This document shows positions 48,374-60,755 of a stretch of 64,000 nucleotides of DNA, piece by piece (the first letter of the stretch is position 1; the number at the start of each line of letters is the position of its first letter). Both the position numbers and the translations under genes were made by a program. The DNA comes from Macrostomum hystrix. Its lineage: Eukaryota > Animalia > Platyhelminthes. The notes under the pieces are model-generated. The model was not told the origin of the DNA and searched no databases. It saw only the letters and a list, made by a program, of their open reading frames with translations. The stretch is from the NCBI GenBank assembly GCA_950097015.1, contig CATNEN010000024.1, forward strand, positions 6,634,001 through 6,698,000, read 5' to 3'.

Positions 48374-49239
48374 CTGTGGGTTAGGGCGTGTGCTTTTCAA
48401 TTTTTTAATTGGCTATTTACTTTTTATAATTTTTTCTGACACTTGCATGTTCTATTTTACCTATTACTGCGCAATGATGACATCGTTTTTGGCCCCAACT
48501 TTTGCCATCAGCACTACTGTCTACTAACAATGGATCTGAAAGATCAGCTCCTATACTGTCAGGCCCTATTTGAAAACATCGCTGTTATTCAGGCGAAAAC
48601 ACTGCTTATCGGACAGACAGCAGAAGCCGCAGATGCAACCTGAGCACAGTCGCCGTTTGAATTGAAGTGCGCCATGCCAAAGATGTTGTTCTTGCTCGAC
48701 CGCCTTTCACTGCTTGCTGTGTTTCTTCGGATGCTTCCACACAATTTATTTGTAACGTCGGCTGCTTTTAGCCAAAATGTGCCCCATGCATTGGAGATCA
48801 GTTCAAATGACTTTAGACTTGGTATTAATGTAGCTGAAGATGCAGACCAGACTGACCAGTTTACTACTCTGTTCGAAAATTAGGAGTTTGTGGTTTAAAT
48901 TTATCTGACAGCGTTTTACTGCTTTTATTTTAGCATCGTTTTCTTATCCAGAAAGCTTTTAGCTGCCATATAGAGCCTAATTCGTGTCGATTTCTGTAAA
49001 GATCGCAATAGTTCCAGACAGTACCAAAAAATTATAATAAAGTAAATCAAAGCGTGGCCATGTTGACATGTTTTTGCTAGGGTTGTTTTGACTAGCATAA
49101 AGTGAAATGCTAGTGAAAGTCAAAGTAAAAAAGTTACTTACAATTTTCCTAGCCTCTTACATTTTTTTGTCGGTTTAAACAATTAAACCACATTGTGGCA
49201 CTTTCCTCCGCCATTTCTAACTCTCATCCGAAGCGCTTC

Positions 49240-49323
49240 CTCGACCCTGAGCTATCTAACTACTGCCTAGACTGTGGTCTCGCCAAGAACACAACTGACC
49301 ACCTGTTTGCCTGCCCCAGCTAG
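49240..49323 (+). mobile_element. Degenerate LINE 3' zinc-knuckle fragment in GRHPR intron 2
   Basis: LDPELSNYCLDCGLAKNTTDHLFACPS*, same C..C....HLFACP motif as the element at 60756-61481. Confidence 0.55.
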
Positions 49324-49463
49324 ACCCACAACAGTATTTGATCTGATCAAATCAGCCATCAGTAAATTGCCTTGTAGAGCCTTAACAACAGCAAGTGCAG
49401 AAAGCGTACTAATTTACAGATGGTTTAGCCATAAAATAAATACAGAGTGGTGATTATGCACAC

Positions 49464-49679
49464 CAGTCCTGGCTTCAAGCCTGGCCAGCCAGCGTCTGCT
49501 CCCACAGCCAACGCTCTGGCAATGCTTGGGGCTCGCCTAGCAACAGACAGCATGAGGTAGATGGCTGTTTCGGCAGTGGCGTCGGCTATTACACCGGGCG
49601 TGTTGGTGACGGTCACTGAACGCTTGGCTAGGGCATCTAGATTCAAATGATCGAAGCCAACGCCATAGCTGGCCACTGC
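49464..49679 (-). CDS. GRHPR: Glyoxylate/hydroxypyruvate reductase-like exon 2
   Basis: ctcag|AVASYGVGFDHL..VTNTPGVIADATAETAIYLMLSVARR..PGL|gtgtgc; phase 0/0. Confidence 0.92.
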
Positions 49680-49767
49680 CTGAGAACAAAACAGGACAGG
49701 CATGCTTAAAGGCTGATTTCGCCATTAAAATATAATTTGAAATCCATCAAAACCTAAATTGACTCAC

Positions 49768-50022
49768 TCGAAGGTCAGGCAATTGGTCGAGGCCCCCATT
49801 GTCAAGGATGCCACTGTCAATGGTGACAAAAGCGGCTAGAATGCCAGGTCCATACAGCTCTGGCTGTAGGTTGAACTGGTCATAATAGACTAAGCTGAAC
49901 TGCTTGGCTGCATCAGTCCAGAATGACGGCAGCAACTCCTGGTGACTTCGGGGCACCAGACATTTTGGTTTGGCAGCTGCAGCTGAACTGGGAGTGGCAC
50001 TAAAACTTGGTTGCCCCTGCAT
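49768..50022 (-). CDS. GRHPR: Glyoxylate/hydroxypyruvate reductase-like exon 1
   Basis: M..KPKCLVPR..LDQLPDLR|gtgagt, in frame with exon 2; exact start uncertain; orthology to GRHPR versus a paralogue not established. Confidence 0.75.
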
Positions 50023-51884
50023 CCTACTAATCAGCAATGATGGGAACCTGCGCAGCAGGCTGTTAAAGTGAAGCTGGAATTTTTTTGTAAGCTTAAAACC
50101 CTACTATGAAAATTACAATTACGTTGTGCTATGTCTAAGATATTCATTCTTAAGAGAATCACTGGACAGTAGGACAATTCTAATAATTTGAATGAACCAT
50201 GTCTCACATACAAATAGTTAGGCTACCAATATTTACGCAAATTCTCAAATGATAAACATTGATAATAGCTTACTCTTCATAAAATATTCTTTAAACTAAA
50301 CCAATATTCAATCAAGAGACTATCCATAACTTCTCAGAGCTTTCTAGTTTTATGTTATAAAAAGGAATCAATAAATAGATCAATGTCTAGATAGCTAGGC
50401 CTAACCTATACATTGCTAGAATATCATGACATGTGAATCATAAAACTAATCTAACTATGTTTAAGGCTTTAGCTGAAAAGTAAGGATGCAATGATGAGCA
50501 GGTAACAAATTTAAATCGCAAAATAAATTATGTTTGTGATAAGAGTAGCATTGAGTAATTGAGTTAATTTTTCTAGTCTTAGGTCTCATAGTAATTTAGC
50601 ATGTCATCATCAAGACTTAAGAATGTTCATTTGATATTACACTTTATTAAGCAAAAGTAAAAAATCATCCAGTAATCATTAACCCATTAAAATGAATTCT
50701 TAGCCTTATAAAAATAATTTCAAGCTTTTCTTTAATGGCAATTAAAGTCAATGGCAAACATTACTATTTTTACAAAGTTGCTCAGGTTGATTATTTACCT
50801 TCTCTAATTGATAAATACAGCAAGCTAGCATTATAGACTCTTCAAGCAAACTTTATAGCAATTGGCTCAGCCGCTCAGACTATCCCTACAACTAGGCCTA
50901 CACAAAAGCTATAGGCCCCTAGGCCTATATTCCTATACTATATATTCAGCCAAGTCCAAATGATGTCCAGAACAGAAAATGGATTTCTAGTCCATGTCAT
51001 ATATTTCTAATTCCTACAAGAAAGATGGCTATTTCAGCATATTAAAAACTGCTGTGCAGTCTATATTTGTCTAGAGATGATGTCTAGATATAAAACTACA
51101 GAGAATTGCCCCATTGCCCATGCCATACTACTCACTGCTCAAAGTGTAACAGCATTAGTAGCTCTAAAAAGCTGGCTTCTGGGGAGTCATGGGGGTTGGC
51201 TATGCCTCTGATTTAAAATAGCGTTGGCATTGAACTATTTTCATTTTTAATTAGGCCCCTAGTGCAAAAGTACATTGACTGTTGTCTGTTGTAAAAGTAA
51301 ATGTTCGGTTTTCTAAAAGACAATTAAATATTAAATGCACTCTCGTGTATAGTTAGATTCTAAATAAGCTAAAAAACATGTCACTGCCAAACTGTGTTGT
51401 AGTTGCCAGATTTTTGTCTAACTTTGTCACATTCTGTTCAGATTGTGCTGGAAGTGTTTATAGGCACTAGGCCCTATTGTTTTCAGATTCAGACCATCGC
51501 CGGGCGAAACCGAAACAGAGCAACAGAGAAAGCAGACAACAACGGGTTCAACTCTTTTAAACGTGTCTCATGCATGTTCGAACTTCGATCTATTAAGTAT
51601 CGTCAGATCGCTGACAGGGTTGCATGGCCAGAACTAAAACTGCTGGATGAATATTCTTCGAGCAGTGGTCCTTGCCAGGTGTAGCACACGTTTCGTTCGG
51701 TTCTTATAAGCTACCGTTCACACAAAGTGTAAATAATATAAATTCTGTACACTATAAAAATTAGGAAAATTTCCTACGAATTTCATTTTTTATGTTTATA
51801 AGTTTTATCCTTTTTTATTTTTCGTTAAACTTTGCTGAAATTTGAATAATTAGAATTTTATGTTTTTATCGTGTACTCCGTCAA

Positions 51885-52806
51885 GGGGTGTGTATAAAGC
51901 CAGGGCTCGGCTGGAGGTCAGTGGCATTAAAACAAAGTTTAAAGAATAGTCGGGCAGATAAGTCGAAACATGAAGAATAAAAGAAATTCATATGCGTGTA
52001 TAAATTATGATTGTTTTTATAAATTTTTTATTTATCTTTACATCACGAAGTTAGTTACATAGATTTTTTTTAATTTCCTTTTTACCGGCGGTAATTACGT
52101 CAAATATTAAGTCATATATTAATATTAATAAATTCAAGTCAAATAGAGGCTATTCGAATTTTAAAACGGCGAAAGCTTTCGTATAAATATATTATCGTAG
52201 GGGCTTATAAACCGCTCATAAACCCGTTATAAGCCGAAGTTTATTTTGAACGACCAGACCAAGTTATATTATAAGTAACATCGCTGCTTGAAGCAGTTAG
52301 TGGCGAATAAGAGTTACATCAAGATCTAGTTGAAAAGTAGTTTTTCATTTGTGGCGAACGAGTTTAAAAAAGTGGGTTTATAGCGCGTCGCTAGTGAAAC
52401 GGGAGTGTAATCTTATCTAATCTTTCGCTTCCGCTTGAAATAATACGAAAGAGCCTTAGCAATACCAATGCTCAATTGTACACGCAATATTTTCTCAATA
52501 TGCCTTTTCGTAATTCAATATCGAGAATCTCATTGCAAAACGATATTCTCAAAATTATATATTATAAAATACAAAATGAAAAGAATTAAAAAATAAATGC
52601 CTTGATCAAGCCTTGTTTTGCAATAACATGGTGTTAAATTCTAGCAATTTTCGCAGTCTATAACTTCAACTGTGTATCTTAAAGATTTAAACTTAAAACT
52701 TAAAATAAACTTATTCTTCATGTTTCGTCTTATCTGCCCGACTATTCTTTAAACTTTGTTTTAATGCCACTGACCTCCAGCCGAGCCCTGGCTTTATACA
52801 CACCCC
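51885..52806. mobile_element. Non-autonomous DNA transposon with GGGG..CCCC ends and about 100-bp TIRs
   Basis: GGGGTGTGTATAAAGCCAGGGCTCGGCTGGAGG.. inverted at 52712-52806; TSD TCCGTCAA (8 bp, 9 bp if asymmetric); Merlin- or Mutator-like. Confidence 0.85.
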
Positions 52807-54559
52807 TCCGTCAAGCTCCTTGCAGTCGCGTTATTATTAAATAGCGAAGCGTTAAACTTAATCGTTGCATTCAGTCATCCTAATAATTTTATAATTAGTA
52901 TTTTGCGCAAGAGCTCCGGTTGTGCAAATCTTATCTGGACAGGCTACAGAGATAGTACAAAGAGTAAAAAAATAGAAATATAACAATGCCCAGCATCAAC
53001 ATTAATTGCATCCAGCGTGCTTGAGCTAGCACTATATATTTTGAATTTCGTATATTTTGAATTTTTTATGCAGTCGATTGACAAATAGGTTTCTCACTGT
53101 ATACTTATTATTTTACCATTTTAAGAACTTTTAACTATATATTATATTACTTATTTGTATTTAGGCCTATATTTTATGACTGACTACTTTGTCTTTGATC
53201 ATTCTTTAGTGCTCTGCATTAAATCCAGGTTTATTACTCCAAAGACAGTCCCAATCTCACTGGCTTAAACTAAAAAATGTATATAATAATAATTGATTTC
53301 TATTGTTGACCTTATATTATCCTTTTGCACTAGAGTCGACTAGACCTATGTGTTTCTCTTTCTCCTCCACTCACTCCTTATTTATATGCATTTTCTTTAT
53401 TTGATCCCTAGGCCTACAATGTATTTTTCTGCATTATGAAATTCAGGGATAGTTAACAAATAATTGTTGTAATTTTGACATATACTCACTTTCTTAGACT
53501 GCATTGTTTGTATGTTAAATATATATTTAGACTATTATAAAACTATAGGGTAGTGTATCATCAACCAAACAAGAATGTGTATTTTTTTAACTTCAAACCT
53601 AAGCTACAGATTTTCTATTTAAGATATGATGATAAATCAAAAGCCAAGTTATAGAAAACAGTTACATCTTTCTAAAAAGTATCTGCTTTTGCTATTTAGT
53701 CAAATAGAAAAAAAGTTATTCCTTCTTTTTATCTAAAACCGAACAATGATTTTCATGTATCTTCAAACCAAACAGAGAATTTGATGTTTGGTTTTACAAT
53801 TTGAGTGAGTGGTTTAATCTTATTTTAAGGAGTGAACTATCATGAATTATGTCATTTGAAAGCATTTTTCATGCTTTATAAATAACTACATTTATGGTCA
53901 TTTAATTGGCAAGCAACCATATACAATCTTCGTCTAAAGTACATACTGAAAAAATGTTGTTAAAAATTATGCTTTTGAGATGAAAAATTTTACTAAAACA
54001 TCAATATCTTTATTTTCTCTTAATGATTCATTGCATGTCATGCCTCAACTTGTAGATAATTTCTTTGACTTTCAAATTAGTTGTTCTGTGAAACACAACA
54101 AGCTTGTTTCTGTCTTGCACAAGACCAAAGAAGGAGTCAAAATTATTGTTCGGTTTTGAAGATACACTGTTCAGTTGATGATACTTTACCCTAACTAAAT
54201 GACATTTCATAATATAATCCACCCACACAATACTGTCAATAGTAAATACAACTTAGGGCCTAACAATTGAAGTATTACAAAACAAGCGCCCTCACTTGTG
54301 TTCTCCAATCCTTACAATATAATTTGAACCAATTTTTTTATTTATTACAATAATGTAGAACATTGATTGTCATTTTTAATTATACAAATATACAAAAATC
54401 TTTGCAACTTCATTGAGTTACACAATGGCTTGAAAAAATGAAAACCAAGAAATTGCTGCAACAGAACAAGTGCAACAGATTGTATAACATTAAGAAAGTC
54501 AATAAAATATTTTTAAATATAGGCCTATCTTATGTTACACCTCATTTGTGCCAACTTAG

Positions 54560-55580
54560 CCCTATTGGAACAAATAGGGGTTTTTGCGGACAGCGTTTGG
54601 CGCGCTTGTGAAAAATTGCCTGCACAGCTGCACACATACATGCGCAACCTCCCAAATCTTAGCCGGCCGTACGACTTAGTTTTTGCTCTCATTTGCGACT
54701 TAGTTCATTTCATTGCTCTATTTACGACTTAGTTTGCTCTCATTTGCTCTCTTTTTCTCTCCCCTTTTTCCTTTTCTTCACGCCTTCCTTTTTTGTCCCT
54801 TGGTCCCCCCTTTGATTTTTTTGCACTTGGTCGATTGGTTTTTGTGACTTACCTTGCTTGGCCCTCGTTTCACCCGGCCAGTTCGGCCGGGTCGGCCGGG
54901 TGTTGCGCATGTATGGCTGCACAGAAAGAAATTTCTGTCTGCATGGCCATGCCATGTGTGCATAAAGTTGTATGCGTAAGTATGTAGATGTATAACAAAC
55001 AGTGGGCCCTTGTGCCCCTACACTAACGTCTTGTGTTCTTTATAAATTTATTTTTTGTAATACATTTACATGTACAAGTACATGTAGATGCAATGCTAGT
55101 AGTGAATGCCAGTGCCTCTATACTTGCACCTTGTGCGTTAAAATGTATGTACATTACAACACATTATAAAATACACTTAAATGTACATGTAGGTGCACAT
55201 GGTATACCAGTGTGACATCCATGCTATTGTGCGCTTAGTTATACATTTACATATTAAAATAAACTTATATGTACATGTAGGTGCAATTCTAGCCAGGCAC
55301 AGTTTATAGGCCTTATTGTTTCTTAATGTATAGAGAATTTTTTGATGGAGGGGTGCACATTTATTTGCAAACACGACTACATGCTCTGCAGTGCCAGAGT
55401 GCGAAAAGACAATTCAGTCTGACCCAACCCACATTGAGTCAGACTGAATATGTTTGACTGAAGATACAATTTTGAAGATATAAAGCAATTGCGCATTTGC
55501 ACTCTTTTTTTCTTAAAACCAACTGCGCACTTGCATGCCTTGCAAGTATCCACAGCTTTTTTAAATTTGCTCCAATAGGG
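54560..55580. mobile_element. Possible old MITE
   Basis: 15/16 inverted termini CCCTATTGGA(A/G)CAAAT; no matching TSD. Confidence 0.35.
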
Positions 55581-56552
55581 TACTTATACTTAGCTAGATA
55601 CTAAATCTAGATTTTTAATATGCATCTTGATTTATATTTATTTGGCATTTTTATTAAAAATAATATTGAAACTATAGTATAGAGTAATATGGATTTTTAG
55701 AATTCAAGAGCTGTGGCAAGAAAATCGAAAAACATGCATTTAATCATATATATTGGTTTTATACACATTTACTTCTTTTCAATTTTTTAAGTTCAGCAAA
55801 TAACGATAGAAGTTAAGGTAATAAGAATTTCAAACAGAAAAGAAATATAAAATTAAAAAATATTGAGCTCTGCTTTAATCTTAATGCTTTTTGGCAAATA
55901 GCTAAAAATACATAGCTATACATATGTATACATATGTACACTATACATAGCATAGCATTGTCCACATTAATTAGTAAAAAGACCAGTTCATAGTGAGTCA
56001 CATGCTAGTCACATAGGATGAAGTTATTTACAAGATCAGTTTCTATTTAATTATAAATCTATATCTAAATAATCTGTCATTTTGGTTCACATTTGTTGGC
56101 TTACTCCAAACCACCAATAGAACATGAAAATTATTCAAAGACATTTCTTATTGCCATACCTAATTTATTATTACTAGATTAAGCAAAGTTATTGTATTTG
56201 GCTAAATTTGCAACTACTTGGACAAATCAAAACTTTTTTCATGTTACTTCTCTTTTATTTAATCTCTTAGTAAAGATTTTATAATTTAGTTTTGCTTTTT
56301 TGACAGCAATAATTTTGTTCATGCTTAGGCTTACTTAGTGAGTCAAGTATTTCGAAAGTACCAAGTAGCCAGGCTTGTACCTAGAATGATAGGTTTAGGA
56401 TTTTTTGCCTTGTCAGTGCTATATAATTTGTTTGCTTTAATGTCACTCTTAAAGCTTCAATTTTAACTTAGACTATCTGTTGAATCATATCTAATTACAG
56501 ACAGGATCTGTGCCGATCCAATCTAACAAAATTTAATCGAAAGGCTATTATA

Positions 56553-56992
56553 ATGGTTCAGCCACCAGCAGACACACAGCGCAACCCAGCCGCCACAACT
56601 GAGCCAGATTGGTTTAGCCAGGCTCGCGATGTTGGCAAAGAGTTTGTTTACATCTATTATATGAGCGTTAACAAGTGCCCGCAGGATCTATATCGTTTCT
56701 ATTCGTCGTCGTCTTTGTTCATCCATGGCGGACGGGAGGCGCCTGGCCAGGAGCAACAGCCGGCCTGCGGTCAAGCGGCCATCGCCGAGCGCATCGCCAG
56801 CCTAAACCTGTACGACTGTCGCACCAAGATTCTCATGGTCGACTCGCTGCCGGATTCCAAAGGCGATGGTGTGCTAATTCAAGTCTGCGGCGAGATTAGC
56901 AACAATGCCGGCCCGATGCGCCGATTCATGCAGACTTTTCTGCTGGCTCAAAACGGACCTAAGAAGTACTTTGTGCAGCGCGACATCTTTAG
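56553..56992 (+). CDS. G3BP: G3BP exon 1 (NTF2-like domain)
   Basis: VGKEFVYIYY..LYRFYSSSS..GQAAI..GVLIQVCGEISNN..RRFMQTFLLA..KKYFV..DIFR with AG|gtaaga donor. Confidence 0.95.
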
Positions 56993-57200
56993 GTAAGATT
57001 ATATTATTATATTATATAAGCTATATAAGGTTATAAGGTTATATATAATATAAGGTTATATTATTAAGCTATATTTCATTGGTCAATGGTTACTTTAAAA
57101 TAATGATATGCACTGCTTACCACGTAGGCATCCAAATTCTAGTCTGATTTAAAGCAACATAATTTGTGTCTATGGTAATATTATTAAGTTTATTATTATA

Positions 57201-57969
57201 GAGCTCGTTCAGATTTTCGCATAACAGCGTTGAGGTCTCCAAGCACCAGCACTGAGTCACGCTGAGCAACCGCCTCCAGTTGCGCCGAGAGGAACTCCAG
57301 AAATTGACGGTGCTCCGTCGGGTGCGCAGCTGTGGGTGCATAGGCACAGAATAAGTGAATATTACGGGTGCGGAGACGAAGGTCGACTCGTAGTAGTCTT
57401 GGCGATAAGCTTTCGCATCGAAAACATTTCTGTAGCCGTGGGCTGGTGAGGACACCAACTCCTCCTCGGCCTTTTGCGTCTGCTGAAGTGAACTGAAGGA
57501 GCCAGCCGCCACCGAGGTGCTCCTGATGGAGCCCAGGATCGGTTTTAATAGATAGCTCCTGCAGCATTACAATGTCTAGTTGCAGATCGGTAGCTAATTT
57601 TGCCAGTAGATGTTGCCTCCAACCTGCTCGCAGAGTCCGGCAGTTCCAAGTCGCGACTCTTAGTTGTTGTTTCTGTTTATGCGGCGTGCAATTTGGTTCA
57701 GCTTGGATCCGTTGGTTGTGGACCTCTAGGTCCCCGGCGCCACCCGGAGGAACCGTACCACTGCGCATAGAGGTTCTGCCAGCAGTGCGACGCTCGCGGG
57801 CACGGTGTCGGCCACGGCAGTTTCGCTCGCGGCGTCGTTCAATACGCCGACGCACACTGCGTTGTCCTCGTGTGCAGGGTGGTGTGCCGCTCTTGGCAGC
57901 CGCAGCAGGTGCGCGGCTCTCCGTTGAGGCCTTGGTACGCAATTCCATTGTTGGAGCAGGAATTGGCAC
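57201..57969 (-). CDS. LINE ORF 5' piece (AP-endonuclease N-terminal half), inverted
   Basis: LRVATWNCRTL, DIVMLQE, GGVG, AYAPT, VLGDLNA; ends at KSERA at the target-site junction. Confidence 0.88.
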
Positions 57970-58004
57970 CAGGAGGCGGCGGCGCTATTCAAACGCAGTA
58001 GCGT

Positions 58005-58199
58005 TTAAATAGACTGCAACTTAAATAGACTGCAACTTAAATAGACTGCAACTTCAATAGACTGCAACTTAAATAGACTGCAACTTAAATAGACTGCAAC
58101 TTAAATAGACTGCAACTTAAATAGACTGCAACTTAAATAGACTGCAACTTAAATAGACTGCAACTTAAATAGACTGCAACTTAAATAGACTGCAACTTA
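58005..58199. repeat. 12 x 16-bp tandem repeat at the LINE inversion junction
   Basis: (TTAAATAGACTGCAAC)12 plus TTA; one variant unit (TTCAAT). Confidence 0.97.
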
Positions 58200-58204
58200 C
58201 GAGC

Positions 58205-60640
58205 TCTGAACGAGCTCTCTTTGTCACCCCGCGCGAAAACAACAACACCGATGCACTAATGGATTTCGTGGACCGGCACGATCTGGTCTCAGCGAACACT
58301 CTCTTTAGGAAACCAGCTGTGAGACTGGCAACGTTCACTGGATGCAAGCGCCCGACCCGGAACGCCAGTGGAAAGTTTGCCACAAAAAGACTCGCACAGC
58401 TGGACCACATTCTAATCCGCTGGCGGGAACGGCGCCGTGCAGTCAACTGCGACACGGTGGCACCTTTGGCAATTCGGTCTGACCATAGACTGCTTTACTG
58501 TGAACTGCGCCTTAGGCACCCACTATACCGACCACCGAAGCGGCAGCCAAAGCGCTTTTTCCGCGCCTTGCGCGACCCAAGCACAAGAGGCCGTTTCTGC
58601 CTGGCCTTTGCCGACGCGCTGGACAAACGACCGGAACCAGCAGCACCTGCCAAATACTCGGACGTCAGCAGCGCTGTCCAGGCTGCCGCTACTAAAACGC
58701 TGCCTCTGGTGAAACCAGTAGCAAGCGGTCAGCCTGTATGGCAAAACGACGAGGCGCTGCGACAGGCCCGGCAAACTGTGGAAAGACTGCGGAGGAGCGG
58801 ACAGCCTGCGGAGGAAGCTGAGAAAGCCTTAGCAGAGGTTTTTAAGGCCCGGCAACGCGCCGCTGTTGAGGCCGCAATTCAAGAAATTACTGAAGCCGGC
58901 CCCGACAAGAAGCCCCGTGCTGTTTGGTCTGTTGTAAACCAATTGACAGGCCGTAAACGGCGCAGTACGCTGAACCTGTCTGGTGACACGCCCGAAGAGA
59001 GGCGAAACGAACTAAAAGCCTTTTTCTCTGGCATCGTTAACGCGTCTCCACCGCCGCCAAGAGACGACATGTCACTGCCCGCAGAGGTCGCACTGCCAGA
59101 AGAATGCTCTTTCAACACCAGTCCTATCACCATTGACGAGGTGCTTCTGCTCGCTAAGAAGACACCGGGCGGCAAAGCCACCGGACCCGATGACGTGCCT
59201 GTCGAAGTGTTGCGCCTCCCGCTGGTGGCGCAAGAAGTCACGCAAGTGATGAACTGCGTGCTGGCGGGAGGTCCCGCCCCCGCTGAATGGCGGACGGCGC
59301 ACATCGTCGGGATCCCGAAGAAGCCCGGAACTGTCAAGGTCGAAGAGCATCGCGGAATATCCCTAATGTCCTGCGCCGCGAAGCTGTACAACAGGGTGCT
59401 GCTGACGCGGCTGCAACCTGTGTTGGACCCGTTCCTCCGGCGAGAGCAAAACGGCTTCCGGCCAGGTAGGGGCACGGTGAATCAGATTCTCGCTTTGCGC
59501 CGCATTTTAGAAGAGACCCGTATCCACCAGTCGGCGGTCATCTGCATCTTCGTGGATTTTCTAAAGGCCTTCGACTCGGTGTCGAGACGGGTCATCCCGA
59601 AGATCCTGCGCGCGTACCATGTGCCTGAGCAGCTGGTAACGGCTGTGATGGCCCTGTACCAGGAGACCAGGGCGGCAGTTGTGACGCCGGACGGCCTATC
59701 CGATTTCTTCGACACGACCTCCGGTGTGCTGCAGGGCGACACACTCGCCCCCTTTCTGTTCGTCCTGGTCCTGGACTGGGTGCTGCGCACTGGCCTCCCT
59801 GACGACGCCAACGGCTTTCTGCTCTGTCGCAGGACAAGCAGCCGACACCCCGAAAGACGACTCTCTGTCCTGGCGTACGCGGACGACCTGGCGCTGCTGT
59901 CCAGCTCAATCGAAGGTGCTCAGCATCTGCTGGACAAGCTGACTGCGGCGGCGGCAATGGTCGGGCTGTCCGTGAACACCAAGAAAACAATGGTGCTGAC
60001 CGTCCCAAATGACCTCAACGGCGAGATCTTCTGCCACAGCGTAAATGGGCAAGCGGCATTGCTGCCGCGCTGCGAGACCTTCATCTATCTCGGCGGTCAA
60101 GTGCCCGACATCCTGGACGACATGGCGCGACGCAGGGCGCTTGCCTGGGCAGCCTTTCGCACCCTGCGGACTGTCCTGCAGTGCCCCACGCTGCCGGATC
60201 GGCTGAGAGGGCGGTTGTTTCAAGCCGTCATAGAGACCGTCTTTCTCTACAACGCTCAAACGTGGACTCTGAACGGCACACAGGAGAAGCAACTCGATGC
60301 CGCCCACGCCGGACTCCTGCGAGCCGCCTTCGGCGTCCACTATTCGCCGACTGCCGTCACCAACACCAGCAACGATGAGCTCTATCGCCGGGCCCAGCTC
60401 TGCCGGCCAAGTCAGCTGCTGCGCATCCGGCGCCTGCAGCTGGCTGGCCACGTCATCCGTGCGGAGCAGCGCTGCCCCGAGCCACTGCAGGACGTGCTGC
60501 TGCTTTCCCTGCAGGGGCCCCGGCGGCGTGGTCAGGCGAGGGCGCTACGCTATCCTGAACTGCTATTGACTGACGCTGAGATCTCTGACCCTCGTGGACT
60601 GACAATTCTGCGCCACTCTGCTCTTGCGCGTGCCTTTTGA
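58205..60640 (+). CDS. LINE ORF 3' piece (endonuclease C-half and reverse transcriptase)
   Basis: Starts SERALFVTP (overlapping the inverted piece); QLDHIL, SDH, EQNGFRPGR, FVDFLKAFDSV, GVLQGDTLAP, LAYADDL; no stops. Confidence 0.93.
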   Translation, partial: SERALFVTPRENNNTDALMDFVDRHDLVSANTLFRKPAVRLATFTGCKRPTRNASGKFATKRLAQLDHILIRWRERRRAVNCDTVAPLAIRSDHRLLYCELRLRHPLYRPPKRQPKRFFRALRDPSTRGRFCLAFADALDKRPEPAAPAKYSDVSSAVQAAATKTLPLVKPVASGQPVWQNDEALRQARQTVERLRRSGQPAEEAEKALAEVFKARQRAAVEAAIQEITEAGPDKKPRAVWSVVNQLTGRKRRSTLNLSGDTPEERRNELKAFFSGIVNASPPPPRDDMSLPAEVALPEECSFNTSPITIDEVLLLAKKTPGGKATGPDDVPVEVLRLPLVAQEVTQVMNCVLAGGPAPAEWRTAHIVGIPKKPGTVKVEEHRGISLMSCAAKLYNRVLLTRLQPVLDPFLRREQNGFRPGRGTVNQILALRRILEETRIHQSAVICIFVDFLKAFDSVSRRVIPKILRAYHVPEQLVTAVMALYQETRAAVVTPDGLSDFFDTTSGVLQGDTLAPFLFVLVLDWVLRTGLPDDANGFLLCRRTSSRHPERRLSVLAYADDLALLSSSIEGAQHLLDKLTAAAAMVGLSVNTKKTMVLTVPNDLNGEIFCHSVNGQAALLPRCETFIYLGGQVPDILDDMARRRALAWAAFRTLRTVLQCPTLPDRLRGRLFQAVIETVFLYNAQTWTLNGTQEKQLDAAHAGLLRAAFGVHYSPTAVTNTSNDELYRRAQLCRPSQLLRIRRLQLAGHVIRAEQRCPEPLQDVLLLSLQGPRRRGQARALRYPELLLTDAEISDPRGLTILRHSALARAF

Positions 60641-60752
60641 CGGCAGCCCCTCTGGCTTCGGCCTTGGGTTGTCGTCCTTTGTTGTTGTTGTTGTTGTATT
60701 ATTATATTTTACCGTTCCGGTCGGCTCTGGTAAGCAGGGCTAGATACTCTAT

Positions 60753-60755
<3 letters not shown>

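Larger units (their letters stand above)
57201..60696 (+). mobile_element. Near-full-length RTE-like non-LTR retrotransposon with inverted 5' segment, in G3BP intron 1
   Basis: 10-bp TSD TATTATTATA at 57191-57200 and 60697-60706; (TTG)n tail; AP-endonuclease N-half on minus strand, remainder plus RT on plus strand. RTE versus RTEX clade assignment is tentative. Confidence 0.9.

Noticed and set aside
48443-48883. Plus-strand ORFs inside GRHPR intron 2
   Set aside because: Short, interrupted by a stop, no recognisable domain.
51403-51684. 93-aa plus-strand ORF
   Set aside because: Non-ATG start, no motif, no splice context supporting it.
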